DNA of 64,000 bases, from NCBI GenBank assembly GCA_965203485.1, contig OZ241892.1:1792001-1856000 (forward strand), given 5' to 3'. The DNA is from Longimicrobiales bacterium. GTDB taxonomy: Bacteria > Gemmatimonadota > Gemmatimonadetes > Longimicrobiales > Gaopeijiaceae. Position numbers and translations under genes: made by a program. The notes beneath the pieces are model-generated. The model was given only the letters and a program-made list of their open reading frames with translations, was not told where the DNA came from and did no database searches. Below are positions 33,950 through 42,907 of the stretch, piece after piece. Numbering within the stretch: position 1 is the stretch's first letter; every line of letters begins with the position of its first letter.

Positions 33950-34038
33950 CCGGTGCGAGCGGGGCGCGAGTCGCGCGAGGAGCCGCGTCGCGCGGCAGGC
34001 GTCGCGGTGGGCATGTCGTGGTCGGCGCGAGCGGGGCG
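33926..34038 (+). repeat. 41-bp direct repeat (72-bp period) spanning the lon stop and engB start
   Basis: 33926-33966 vs 33998-34038, 36/41 identical. Confidence 0.8.
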
Positions 34039-34637
34039 TGATCGTCCGAAGCGTGGAGTTCGCGGGCTCCGTCGCGGCGGAGGGTCAGCCGCCGCCGGGC
34101 GAGTTGCCGCAGGTCGCCTTCGCGGGACGCTCCAACGTGGGCAAGTCTTCGCTGATCAACCGCTTGCTGGGGAGACCGCGGCGCAAAATCGCCCGCGTGT
34201 CGGCCGTGCCCGGCAAGACGCAGACGCTGAACTTCTACCGCGTGAACGACGCCTTCTTCCTCGTGGACATGCCCGGGCTGGGGTACGCGAAGGCGCCCGC
34301 GGCCGCGCGCGAGTCCTGGCTGCGGCTGGTGCGAAGCTACGTGACGGGCAGCGCGGCCTTGCGGGGCGTCGCCTACTTGGTGGACTCGCGGCATCGGCCC
34401 ATGGCGGCCGACCGCGAATTCATGGGTTGCTTGGCCGTATCCGGGGTACCGACGCTACTGGTGCTCACCAAGGTGGACAAGCTGAAGCGGCGGGACCGGG
34501 AGAAGGGCTTGGCCGCGCCGGTCTGCGAGGAACTCGGCGTCGAAGAGGAGCAGGTGGTCGGGAGTTCGGCCCGCACGGGCGAGGGGATGGACGTCCTGCT
34601 TGCTGCGGTCGGCCAGTTGCTGGAGGGAGAGGCTTGA
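34038..34637 (+). CDS. engB: Ribosome biogenesis GTPase YihA/YsxC
   Basis: GRSNVGKSS, PGKTQ, DMPGLGYA and TKVDK. Confidence 0.94.
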   Translation: MIVRSVEFAGSVAAEGQPPPGELPQVAFAGRSNVGKSSLINRLLGRPRRKIARVSAVPGKTQTLNFYRVNDAFFLVDMPGLGYAKAPAAARESWLRLVRSYVTGSAALRGVAYLVDSRHRPMAADREFMGCLAVSGVPTLLVLTKVDKLKRRDREKGLAAPVCEELGVEEEQVVGSSARTGEGMDVLLAAVGQLLEGEA

Positions 34638-35458
34638 GGCGGCTCGGGACGCGCGGGCGTCGCGGAGGACGGGTCGAGGCCTGTGCGTCCGCGCAAGCTT
34701 GGGCGCGCGTCCGCCGCCGAGAGCGAACCGATGGGCAGGCCGCCGGCGCCCGGGGACCGACACGCTTCCTTGCGCCGACCGTGCTTGCGGCGATCACGGC
34801 GGCTTGCGGACCGGCTCTTGCGCCCGGAAGCGCCCGCGCGCCCGCCGCCGCCGACTTCCGGCCCGACAGCGTCGCGGACCGGGCCCGTCCGTCCCGCTCG
34901 GGCGCCCTCAGGCAGGAGCAGATTTCCGTGCGGACGATGGTCGGCTCCTTGAGGATCGAGATCACGCCGCTCGACGACTGGGCGCTCGACGCCGCGGCTC
35001 CCGACACGCGCGCGCGCCTGATGCGCATTCGGGAAGAGCGCGGCCGCGAAGCCGCTCGCCGTTCCGGGTTGAGGGATCCCGGTCTCTTCCTGGTGTCGTT
35101 CTCGAGTGCCCGGACGTCCACCGACTTTCGGCCCGAGGACCTGCACCTGGTTGCCCTCGGCCTGCGCGAACGGCCGTTGGCCATACTGCCCCTCAGTCCC
35201 GCGTGGGGCAGCCATCGGCTGGAGCCGCAGACCAGCGCCGTGGCCCTGTACGCCTACGACGCCGTCGACGTCAAGCGAGAATTCGTCGTGGCATACCAGG
35301 GACACGAAGACCGCTCCTGGGCCGGCAAAGTGCCCGTGATCGAAGCGGAGCGAAGCCGGATCAGCGGCGCGGCGCGGGACCCAACACTTTCAACAGCTCG
35401 GCCACGAAGTCAGGTAGAACCGGCGGCGGTCCCTTGCCCGAGAATGATTGAGATGTAG
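34634..35458 (+). CDS. Hypothetical (putative lipoprotein)
   Basis: TTG overlapping the engB stop with GGAGGGAG RBS, lipobox-like ITAA-C, globular C-terminal half; 3' end overlaps the convergent res gene by 49 bp. Confidence 0.6.
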   Translation: MRRLGTRGRRGGRVEACASAQAWARVRRRERTDGQAAGARGPTRFLAPTVLAAITAACGPALAPGSARAPAAADFRPDSVADRARPSRSGALRQEQISVRTMVGSLRIEITPLDDWALDAAAPDTRARLMRIREERGREAARRSGLRDPGLFLVSFSSARTSTDFRPEDLHLVALGLRERPLAILPLSPAWGSHRLEPQTSAVALYAYDAVDVKREFVVAYQGHEDRSWAGKVPVIEAERSRISGAARDPTLSTARPRSQVEPAAVPCPRMIEM

Positions 35459-38400
35459 TTGTACTCGTCCGTGCATTCTGGAAAGAGGATATGGGCCTGC
35501 GCAAACCGTTTGCGCGTCCATGTGCCGTCGTCGTACGACCTGCGAAGGTCCTCGTAGGGCGTATTCGAGACGATGTAGGAGTCCAAGGAAACGTTATTCA
35601 TTCGGGATCTGTCGGCGGCCTTCTGCGCCAGCGCGGGCAGGCGCTCGTGCAAACGGGCCTTGTCGTCGTGCCGGTACGCCTCTGCATGGACCATGCCGTG
35701 GGGTTCCACAAACACCACCCGTTGCGTCGGCCCTTCCTTGATCCACAGGATGAAGTCCGGGTAGAAGCCGCGTGTGTCAAAGAAACCGATTCCCCTTCCT
35801 CGAGTTAGGTTCCGCAACAGAAAGAGTTCTCTTCCTCTGCCGAAGTCGTCCGCGTGAGCTTCGCACCGGGCCCGCAGGTCTTCGATGAACCGCACTTCGC
35901 CGACGTTGAGCCCCGGAGGCGTCGTCTCGATGCGAGCGTCCCGATCAACCAGCAACGGCTGATACAAATGCCGGTCGAAGTAGATGCCTGGAAGATCCGT
36001 CGTGGCCATTCGGTAGATCCGATCGCCTTCGGCAATTAGCTCCCGGATCGCCTCCACCAGTGCCGTCTCGTTGCGCGGAACACGAACCGTGTAACGGGGA
36101 AAATTCGCATCTCGCTCGCTCACTTTGGTATACACGACCTTTTCCGCGTCCCACTGATCTCGGCGGACACGGCAGAACTTGTCCACGTACTTCTTCAGAA
36201 TCGTCAGCACAGCTTCTTCGAGAAGCCGCGTGTCTTTGTAGCTCTGAGGGGCAGCAATGTCGTCGTCCGCGATCAAGTCATAGAGTTCGTTGCCTTCCGC
36301 CGCCTTGACGATCCGCATCATTGCTTTGGGTGTGAGGGCAAGATTAGTCAGTCCCTGGCTATCCGCATACTCGACGAGCTCCAGATATACGTTCTGCCAG
36401 TTAACCAGTGTGAGGCTCGTCGCCGGGATTGGCCGGGGCTGGCCCGACCGTGCGTTACGATCATATATGTGATTCCCATCGCTCTCCAGAGTGCGGACGC
36501 GCACGGACTTGTCCACGCGCACGCGGATATCCTCGTCGCGGTCAAGCAACACATCCTCCTCGTCTACGAAGGATCCCTCGTCGGGCATGGTCGGAACGAG
36601 TAGGCCCCGGTTCAAGAACGCGCGGTTGGGTTCCGCGTCCAGGCGGAGTTCCAGCACGTCCCGCGTGTCCACGCCTTCCTGCTCCAAGTAGTTGCGGAAT
36701 TGGAACATGTAGTCGGCGCGGACGGCGAAGATGTCCAGCGTTTCCAGGAGCTTCACGTCGGGCGGGTGCTCGCCGTCCAGGGCGGAGCTCCGCTTGAGGC
36801 CGAAGCCCTTGCCGCGCAGGCGGACCCCGCGTCCGAAGAGCTGGATGATCTGCGAACCCTCGGTGCGACCGATGTTCATCAGCCCCATGTTCGCGACCCG
36901 CCAGGAGTTCCATCCCTCCATGAACTTCCTGGCACCGACCAGGATGTTGACGCCGCCCTCGGGATCGGCGATGCCATCGAAGAGCGAATCGCCAACGACG
37001 TCGTGCTCGAAGACGAAGCCCGGGGCGTCCTGCCGGGCAAGCTTGACGAAGTCCCCGACGTCGCCGATGTAGATCACGCCGAAGCACCGGTCGGCCGTGC
37101 TCGCCCGAAGACCGATCTCGCCCCGGCTACCGCGCATCTGCCCCAGGTGAAGGCCGCCCGAAGCCGATGCGTGAAACACTCGCGCCAGCACGTCGCGGTA
37201 CAGGGCCTCTCCCGACAGGCCGGACTTCCGGAGGGACGCGAACCTGTCCGCGAACACATCCCGCCCGTCGGCCCTTCGCAGGCCGCTACCGCCCTTCAAT
37301 AGCCTGGACGCCGTCTCGACCGCCCAGCCTTCCCGGTTCGCGAGCACGCGATGAAAGAAGCGAGCCACCGTCAGCACGTCGCTTCTCTTCTGCTTTCGCA
37401 GGGAGTAGACGGCCTTAACGGTGCCCCCGACGAACACCCACAGCGGATGCTCGACGTTGTAGGACCGAATCGCGGCCTCGTGCTCGTCAAAGACCCGCAT
37501 CTGCTGGTAGAACGACAGCAGGTTGCCGAGAAGCAACGTGTCCGTCGCGTCCTGCTCGACTTCCTCTCGCAGGTTCAGGATGCGGAAGTCCTTGCCGTAC
37601 CCGTCTCCGTGGAAGTATCGGTACGAATAGTCGAAGCCGATCGACTTGCCGTACTCCCCCGTCAGCTCCTGGTTCCGCGCCGACGCCAGGGCTTGGCCGA
37701 AAGTGGCGCTGTACTCGAAGGTGAAGCCGCCCTTCCCGACCGATTCGCGCGCCCTCCGCCACGCCTCGCCGCCCGTGCCTCGGTGCCCTTCGTCGACGAA
37801 GACCAAGTTGACGCCCTCGAACGCCTTCACGGGGACGCTGGCGCCGCCGCCCCGCTTCTTCTCGACGAGCTTGGTGATCTCGACCACCTGCACGGTGTCC
37901 CGGTCGAGCGCCAGAAGGCCGCTGTCGTCCAGGTCGAAGCGCCGGCAAGGGATGCCCGACGCGCGCATCTCGGCGATGTGCTGGCGCGTCAGGCCCTCGT
38001 TGGGCGTGACGAGCACGATGTTGTCGAGCGGCCGGGCGTTGTAGTGCACGAACTGACGGTAGTTGACGTGCATGATCAGCGTCTTGCCGCTGCCCGTCGC
38101 CATCCAGTAGGCAAGTCTGTGAAGGTCCGACGCCTGGACCGTCGGAAATCGGTCGTCGTACGCCTTGTGCTGGTTGTGCTTGTAGGCCGCTTCGTTCAGC
38201 GACTCGACCAGCTCCGCGGGACGCCGAAGGGCCCAGTCCAAGTAGAGCTCCGTGTACAACGCCGCCGCGTGCTGAAAGTAGCGGAACACGATCGGGCGGC
38301 CGCGCCCCGCGTTCACGGCCCGCAGATGGGCTCGGATGTTCTGGTCGTAGCGGACGAAGTCCTCCAAGGGCACCTTCGCGCGCCGTCCCCGCGACTCCAA

Positions 38401-38562
38401 GCGTCGGTGGACGTAGCTCATTCCGGTGTCGTCGTAGCCTTCGGCGCACTCCTTCAGGTCCGCGAGCATTTCTTGATTGGTCTTGTAGCCGAATTGCTCG
38501 TGAAGCCACGCAAGAAGGACCAGCCGCCGATCCAGCTTCGCTTTCGAGGCCCGGTTCGCCAT
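35410..38562 (-). CDS. res: Type III restriction enzyme Res subunit (SF2 helicase + nuclease)
   Basis: MATGSGKT, FVDEGH, EYSATF, EGWN, QLFGRGVRL and C-terminal FYPDFILW...VEPHG; ATG overlaps the mod stop. Confidence 0.88.
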   Translation of the reverse strand: MANRASKAKLDRRLVLLAWLHEQFGYKTNQEMLADLKECAEGYDDTGMSYVHRRLESRGRRAKVPLEDFVRYDQNIRAHLRAVNAGRGRPIVFRYFQHAAALYTELYLDWALRRPAELVESLNEAAYKHNQHKAYDDRFPTVQASDLHRLAYWMATGSGKTLIMHVNYRQFVHYNARPLDNIVLVTPNEGLTRQHIAEMRASGIPCRRFDLDDSGLLALDRDTVQVVEITKLVEKKRGGGASVPVKAFEGVNLVFVDEGHRGTGGEAWRRARESVGKGGFTFEYSATFGQALASARNQELTGEYGKSIGFDYSYRYFHGDGYGKDFRILNLREEVEQDATDTLLLGNLLSFYQQMRVFDEHEAAIRSYNVEHPLWVFVGGTVKAVYSLRKQKRSDVLTVARFFHRVLANREGWAVETASRLLKGGSGLRRADGRDVFADRFASLRKSGLSGEALYRDVLARVFHASASGGLHLGQMRGSRGEIGLRASTADRCFGVIYIGDVGDFVKLARQDAPGFVFEHDVVGDSLFDGIADPEGGVNILVGARKFMEGWNSWRVANMGLMNIGRTEGSQIIQLFGRGVRLRGKGFGLKRSSALDGEHPPDVKLLETLDIFAVRADYMFQFRNYLEQEGVDTRDVLELRLDAEPNRAFLNRGLLVPTMPDEGSFVDEEDVLLDRDEDIRVRVDKSVRVRTLESDGNHIYDRNARSGQPRPIPATSLTLVNWQNVYLELVEYADSQGLTNLALTPKAMMRIVKAAEGNELYDLIADDDIAAPQSYKDTRLLEEAVLTILKKYVDKFCRVRRDQWDAEKVVYTKVSERDANFPRYTVRVPRNETALVEAIRELIAEGDRIYRMATTDLPGIYFDRHLYQPLLVDRDARIETTPPGLNVGEVRFIEDLRARCEAHADDFGRGRELFLLRNLTRGRGIGFFDTRGFYPDFILWIKEGPTQRVVFVEPHGMVHAEAYRHDDKARLHERLPALAQKAADRSRMNNVSLDSYIVSNTPYEDLRRSYDDGTWTRKRFAQAHILFPECTDEYNYISIILGQGTAAGST

Positions 38563-41500
38563 CACGCGCCCCCCGATCGGAACATGCGCCTCTTGAAGAT
38601 CGGATCCAGCGCCGTCGCTTCGCGGATGAGGGAACTTCCGTTCACGAACACTTGGTCGGCCCCGTCGACGAACCCCTGGGCTGCCACGAACTCCTTGTCC
38701 CGCACGAAATCCGCCCTGCCCCAGCCCTCCGTGTCCCGCCAGATGACGACGGTCCGCCGCCTGTCGACGGTTCCGGCGTGCACAAGGTACCGCCGTCCGT
38801 CGTCGTGGTGGACACGTCGCGTGGCCACGCGAAGGCCCAGCAGGTAGGCGAACGTCTCCGGGAGGTCCGCGACGACCTCGCGCACTTGGCCGTTCGCCCC
38901 CGCGCGAAGCTTGTACGAGAAGGGCTTGTCCAGATCGAACACGTTCAAGAGGGTCGCGCTGTCCTTCGTCTCCCACCGTAGCATGTACCTGAGGACGTAG
39001 CCTTCGAGCTCCAACGCGCGCTGGCCCGCCTCGCCGTCGAAGCTGATGTTGCTCAGGGCGTCCTCGTAGCTCTCCAGCCGTACGTACTTCACGACCTGCG
39101 GTCCCCTCGTCGCTTCCTCCGGGGTTGCCACTCGCTTCGGCTTGCCGTCCTTCCACTCGGGCGCGAAGACGATCTTCTTCAGCCGAGGCAACAACATCTG
39201 GTCGAAGTATTCCCCCATCTCCACCAGAACGAACCGCCGTCTGCCTCCGTCGCGGCGGTTGAGATCGACGACCGCATGAGCCGTGGTGCCGGAGCCGGCG
39301 AAGTAGTCCAGCACCGTTCCGTCGTGACGGGCCAGCAACACGGCACACCGGTCCACGAGTTGCGTCGGCTTGGGCTTGATCTCGTCGATCAGCCCCCTCA
39401 TCTCGCCGTTTCCGAAGAGGTTCAGCAAGAGCTTGGTGGCGTCAGTCGTCGTCTTGACGTCGTCCCACAGCGTCGTGGGCACCATGCCCTTGGCGCGCGC
39501 GTGCCGGAGGTAGCGCTTGCACATCGGCTTGCCCTCGCCCGATCGCCCGAACACAATCTGGCCGCCAGCGAGCAGCCGCTTCGTCTTGGCCTCGTCGAAC
39601 CGCCAGTGGCGGCCCTCCGGCGGCCAGTGCTCCTCGCCCGTCTCGGGGTTGACGATCGAATAATGGAGGTTCTCTCGGACGTTGGGCGCGTCCATGGGGT
39701 CCAGGACCCAAGGCCCCTGCGGATCGTCGTCCCGGTTGGAGAACTTCGTGTCGACGTGCGGCAGCCTGAACTCCGTCTTCTTGGACTCCAGGAACGCCCT
39801 GTCGGCCGCGAAGAAGGTCGTGTGGTTGGTGGAGATCGAGATCAGCGCGTCGTTCGACACCGACTTGCGACTGTTCCAGATGACGTCGGCCACGAAGTTC
39901 TCCCGGCCCCACGTCTGCTCGAGGACCCCTCGAAGCACGGCGTACTCCCCGTCGTCGGTGCTGACGAAGATGCCCGCGCGCCGGGAAGCCAGTCTCCGCG
40001 AGGCGGCCAAGCGGTCGTTCATCATCGACAGCCACGAGCTGTGCCTATAGTTGTCCTTGTAGACGAACTTCTCGTTCTGGCCGGTGTTGTAGGGCGGGTC
40101 AATGTAGATGCAGTCCACTTCGTCTCTGTGTCGTTCCTCCAGCAGGCCGAGCGCCTGCCAGTTCTCGCCGTGCACCAACGTGCCTGCGGTCATGCCGTCC
40201 AGGTCCTCCCACGAGCCGAGAAGCCGGTCGACGAACGATTGGGAGAAGTGCCTGGTGTCGAGGACGAGCGTCGGATGCTGCCGGAGGAAGGCCAGCCGCG
40301 CGCCCGCCTTGTCTCGGGCCGAGTTGAAGAGGTCGACGCGTTCTTCGTCCACGCACAGCAGCTCGCGCCATTCGTTCCACTGTTCTTCGCACTCGGCGAT
40401 CTCCGGGTGGAACGCCTCGCCTATGCACATCAGGGTGACGCAGTACTGGGTATCCGTTACGAACTTGCGCTTCTCCCACAGCATCTTCTGAAAGGACTCG
40501 ATCTGGTCCAAGAAGTCGATGATCCTATGGCCCACGGTTCTGATTACGCGCACCGTCTGAAACCAGCCTTCCGATCTTTCCTCGCCAGCCGTCACGACGT
40601 TCGCCACGTTCATGACTTCGTTCTTGAGATAGAAGTCGAGTTCGCCGGTCAGAAACCTCTTCAGGTCCTTGTGAACAAAGTAGTCCGACGTGTTGCGCCT
40701 GGTGTACCGCCGAAGATGGTGCTCGAGAACCGTCACCACTTCCCCGCTCGCCGTGGTTCGGCGCTCCGCGGTCAGGGCGGCGTGCGCGCGTTCGGCGTTG
40801 CTCGTCTTTGCCAGGTGCTCCGGTATCGCGACGAGCGCCCGAGCGACGATCTCTTCCTGTGTGCCGTTGACGCCCCTCTTGCTGTTGCCGGGGCTCTCGT
40901 CCTTCGTCAGCGGGCGGTACTCGAACGAAACCGCAAGGTGGGAGGCTTGGTCGTCCCATGCGATCTGGTCGAACCGGGGCACGAAGAAGCGCCGGTCCCC
41001 CTTGACGTTGTCCTGTTCGACGTCGGCGGCCGCCAGGCGGAAATCGACACTGACGCCCTTGGCGCTGAAGGCGTAGTCGCGGAATACCTCCGTCGTCTTG
41101 ACGTAATACTGATCCTTGTTGGACCAGTGCAGAAGGACCTCTTCGCCGTTGTACGGGACGGCGTAGCGCTGGCGCATCGAGTACCGACGCTGGGACATGA
41201 AGTCGCCGCGGTCGTAGTACCGGCCGAAGAAGGTGAGCAAGTGGTTGTAGATGTCGCGTTCAATCGCCGTCCGACTTCTGGTGCCGCTGGACGACAACGC
41301 CCGAAAGCGCAGGTACTTGCGTCCAATCTCAGTGTCGCCGTGAGGTGACTTAAGCGATCCGTCTGGCGTGACAGCGTCGGGTGCAAGGTATTTTTTGATC
41401 TGCGTGGCCGCCTCTTGCATCTCCTTGGCCGCCCAAGCTTGCTCTCGAAGGATGCCTTGGTCGAGTTCCTCTGCGACGGCGGCGGGCAGGTCATTAACGA

Positions 41501-41657
41501 CGAAGTTTTCAATTACGTCGCGCTTGTGGTTCAGTATGCGATAGACGCCGAAGTCAAGGTCCGCCGAGTCGAATTGAAACAGCTCCCGTAACAGGTTATG
41601 AAACTTCGCGCAAGCACGGATGGGTTGCCCACCGACCGGCTCTTCCGCGGCCGTCAT
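38562..41657 (-). CDS. mod: Type III R-M Mod subunit (adenine MTase, long form, 1031 aa)
   Basis: ADLDFGVYRI N-terminus, IYIDPPYNTG, central TRD, LDYFAGSGTT and YVRLESYEDAL. Confidence 0.9.
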   Translation of the reverse strand: MTAAEEPVGGQPIRACAKFHNLLRELFQFDSADLDFGVYRILNHKRDVIENFVVNDLPAAVAEELDQGILREQAWAAKEMQEAATQIKKYLAPDAVTPDGSLKSPHGDTEIGRKYLRFRALSSSGTRSRTAIERDIYNHLLTFFGRYYDRGDFMSQRRYSMRQRYAVPYNGEEVLLHWSNKDQYYVKTTEVFRDYAFSAKGVSVDFRLAAADVEQDNVKGDRRFFVPRFDQIAWDDQASHLAVSFEYRPLTKDESPGNSKRGVNGTQEEIVARALVAIPEHLAKTSNAERAHAALTAERRTTASGEVVTVLEHHLRRYTRRNTSDYFVHKDLKRFLTGELDFYLKNEVMNVANVVTAGEERSEGWFQTVRVIRTVGHRIIDFLDQIESFQKMLWEKRKFVTDTQYCVTLMCIGEAFHPEIAECEEQWNEWRELLCVDEERVDLFNSARDKAGARLAFLRQHPTLVLDTRHFSQSFVDRLLGSWEDLDGMTAGTLVHGENWQALGLLEERHRDEVDCIYIDPPYNTGQNEKFVYKDNYRHSSWLSMMNDRLAASRRLASRRAGIFVSTDDGEYAVLRGVLEQTWGRENFVADVIWNSRKSVSNDALISISTNHTTFFAADRAFLESKKTEFRLPHVDTKFSNRDDDPQGPWVLDPMDAPNVRENLHYSIVNPETGEEHWPPEGRHWRFDEAKTKRLLAGGQIVFGRSGEGKPMCKRYLRHARAKGMVPTTLWDDVKTTTDATKLLLNLFGNGEMRGLIDEIKPKPTQLVDRCAVLLARHDGTVLDYFAGSGTTAHAVVDLNRRDGGRRRFVLVEMGEYFDQMLLPRLKKIVFAPEWKDGKPKRVATPEEATRGPQVVKYVRLESYEDALSNISFDGEAGQRALELEGYVLRYMLRWETKDSATLLNVFDLDKPFSYKLRAGANGQVREVVADLPETFAYLLGLRVATRRVHHDDGRRYLVHAGTVDRRRTVVIWRDTEGWGRADFVRDKEFVAAQGFVDGADQVFVNGSSLIREATALDPIFKRRMFRSGGA

Positions 41658-41848
41658 TCGTTTTTCGTCTCCGTCATTTTGTGTATTCGATGTGACATAT
41701 TCAAGTCCATCGAGAAGAGAAGGGGTCCACGATGCCTATCCAAGTGCCAACAACCAATCACCTAAAGCTCGCCGCCGCTCGCACGTGGCACTCGCCGAGC
41801 CACGGCTCGTGACCGAAATCTTGTCCGCTGACAGCCGCCGCACCGAGA

Positions 41849-42589
41849 CTAAAGAGCCATCTTAAGCGACAGTGCAAGGCCGGCTTGCCCGTGCCCCCAG
41901 GGAACAGAAAGGCCACCGTTGTCAAAGCAAGCGGTACAAAGAAGGCCGTTGTTCTGGGGCTTCAGGGTCACCACGTAAATGCTCCGGCTGTCTGAAGATA
42001 TGACCAAATGGCCGTCTGGGGTAGCACAAATTGCAACTTCGGGCGGCAGGTACATATCCTTTCTCTTCCGCAACGGCTTGGCGACATACGGGCCGAAATG
42101 ACTCGGTGCGGGATCAATAGACCACGCGATGACACTACAGCCACCGGGTGGTACCGTAGATTCATTCGATAAGACGTGGTAACTCGAACTGAATGCGAGT
42201 TCGGCGCACCAGTACTGTCTTTGGAGCTCGTGCAACCTAGCTCGTCCGCGATCGGTGAGAGTGTAGCGGGCAGGGATTGCGATCGTTCCATCGGATTTCG
42301 TATATCTCTGGTGGAAAGCCAACAAACCATTGTCCTTCCACAACTCCGCAATCTCTCGGCTAGCAAGCTTGCGTCCAAGGACGTGATCCTCCAGCATAAA
42401 GAGTTCCGTCCGTGATTTATCCGGGAGATCAGTCTCGCGTGCCGACGTTGCTACTACCTGGGGATTCTCCACCGGTCTTCTCCGCTGAAGGGGTCCGTCT
42501 GTATCGATCGAGAGGAGAGCTGCCGGACACCACCGACCGAGCCATCTCGCTACCCTAGCAAGATACAACGAGTTGGAAGGGGTGTCCAT
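41849..42589 (-). CDS. Hypothetical low-GC protein with a possible winged-helix segment
   Basis: 246-aa ORF in the AT-richer island; YTLTDRGRARLHEL resembles the wing of PadR/MarR-type wHTH proteins. Confidence 0.5.
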   Translation of the reverse strand: MDTPSNSLYLARVARWLGRWCPAALLSIDTDGPLQRRRPVENPQVVATSARETDLPDKSRTELFMLEDHVLGRKLASREIAELWKDNGLLAFHQRYTKSDGTIAIPARYTLTDRGRARLHELQRQYWCAELAFSSSYHVLSNESTVPPGGCSVIAWSIDPAPSHFGPYVAKPLRKRKDMYLPPEVAICATPDGHLVISSDSRSIYVVTLKPQNNGLLCTACFDNGGLSVPWGHGQAGLALSLKMAL

Positions 42590-42691
42590 GAGGGGAGCAC
42601 GCCGAAGCGACGATCCGGCGCATGAATCGAAGCGACCGTCGCATGGGGTCAGTGCGGTCGCGGTCCTGGCGGATCCGGCGACAGCGACGTC

Positions 42692-42907
42692 CTAGACACC
42701 AGAAAGGGGCGTTGGCGTGAGCTTGGCACACGCAGGCTCCGGTAAGATCTCACGATGGCGCTCCTCGCGGGGCGACTGGTGGTCCGTGTATTCGAGATGG
42801 ACCAGGTGGAGCCGCCCGGCTACGCCGTCGTAGGGCTCCACGGCGGCCACGACGCCGCGGCGGTTGCGGACGGTGGCCAGCATTCCGGGGCGCGGGACGG
42901 CGGTCAC
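42692..42907 (-). pseudogene. 5' stub of an SNF2-type (DISARM DrmD-like) helicase gene
   Basis: GTG overlapping the AAA gene stop; PRPGMLATVRNRRGVVAAVEP...HLVHLEY...PREER resembles DrmD-like N-termini as recalled (not searched); sequence becomes unrelated and lower-GC after about 42757. Confidence 0.55.

Noticed and set aside
38562..41657. Phase-variable mod (phasevarion)
   Set aside because: No simple-sequence repeat tract seen beyond a 6-base homopolymer, and the frame is intact.
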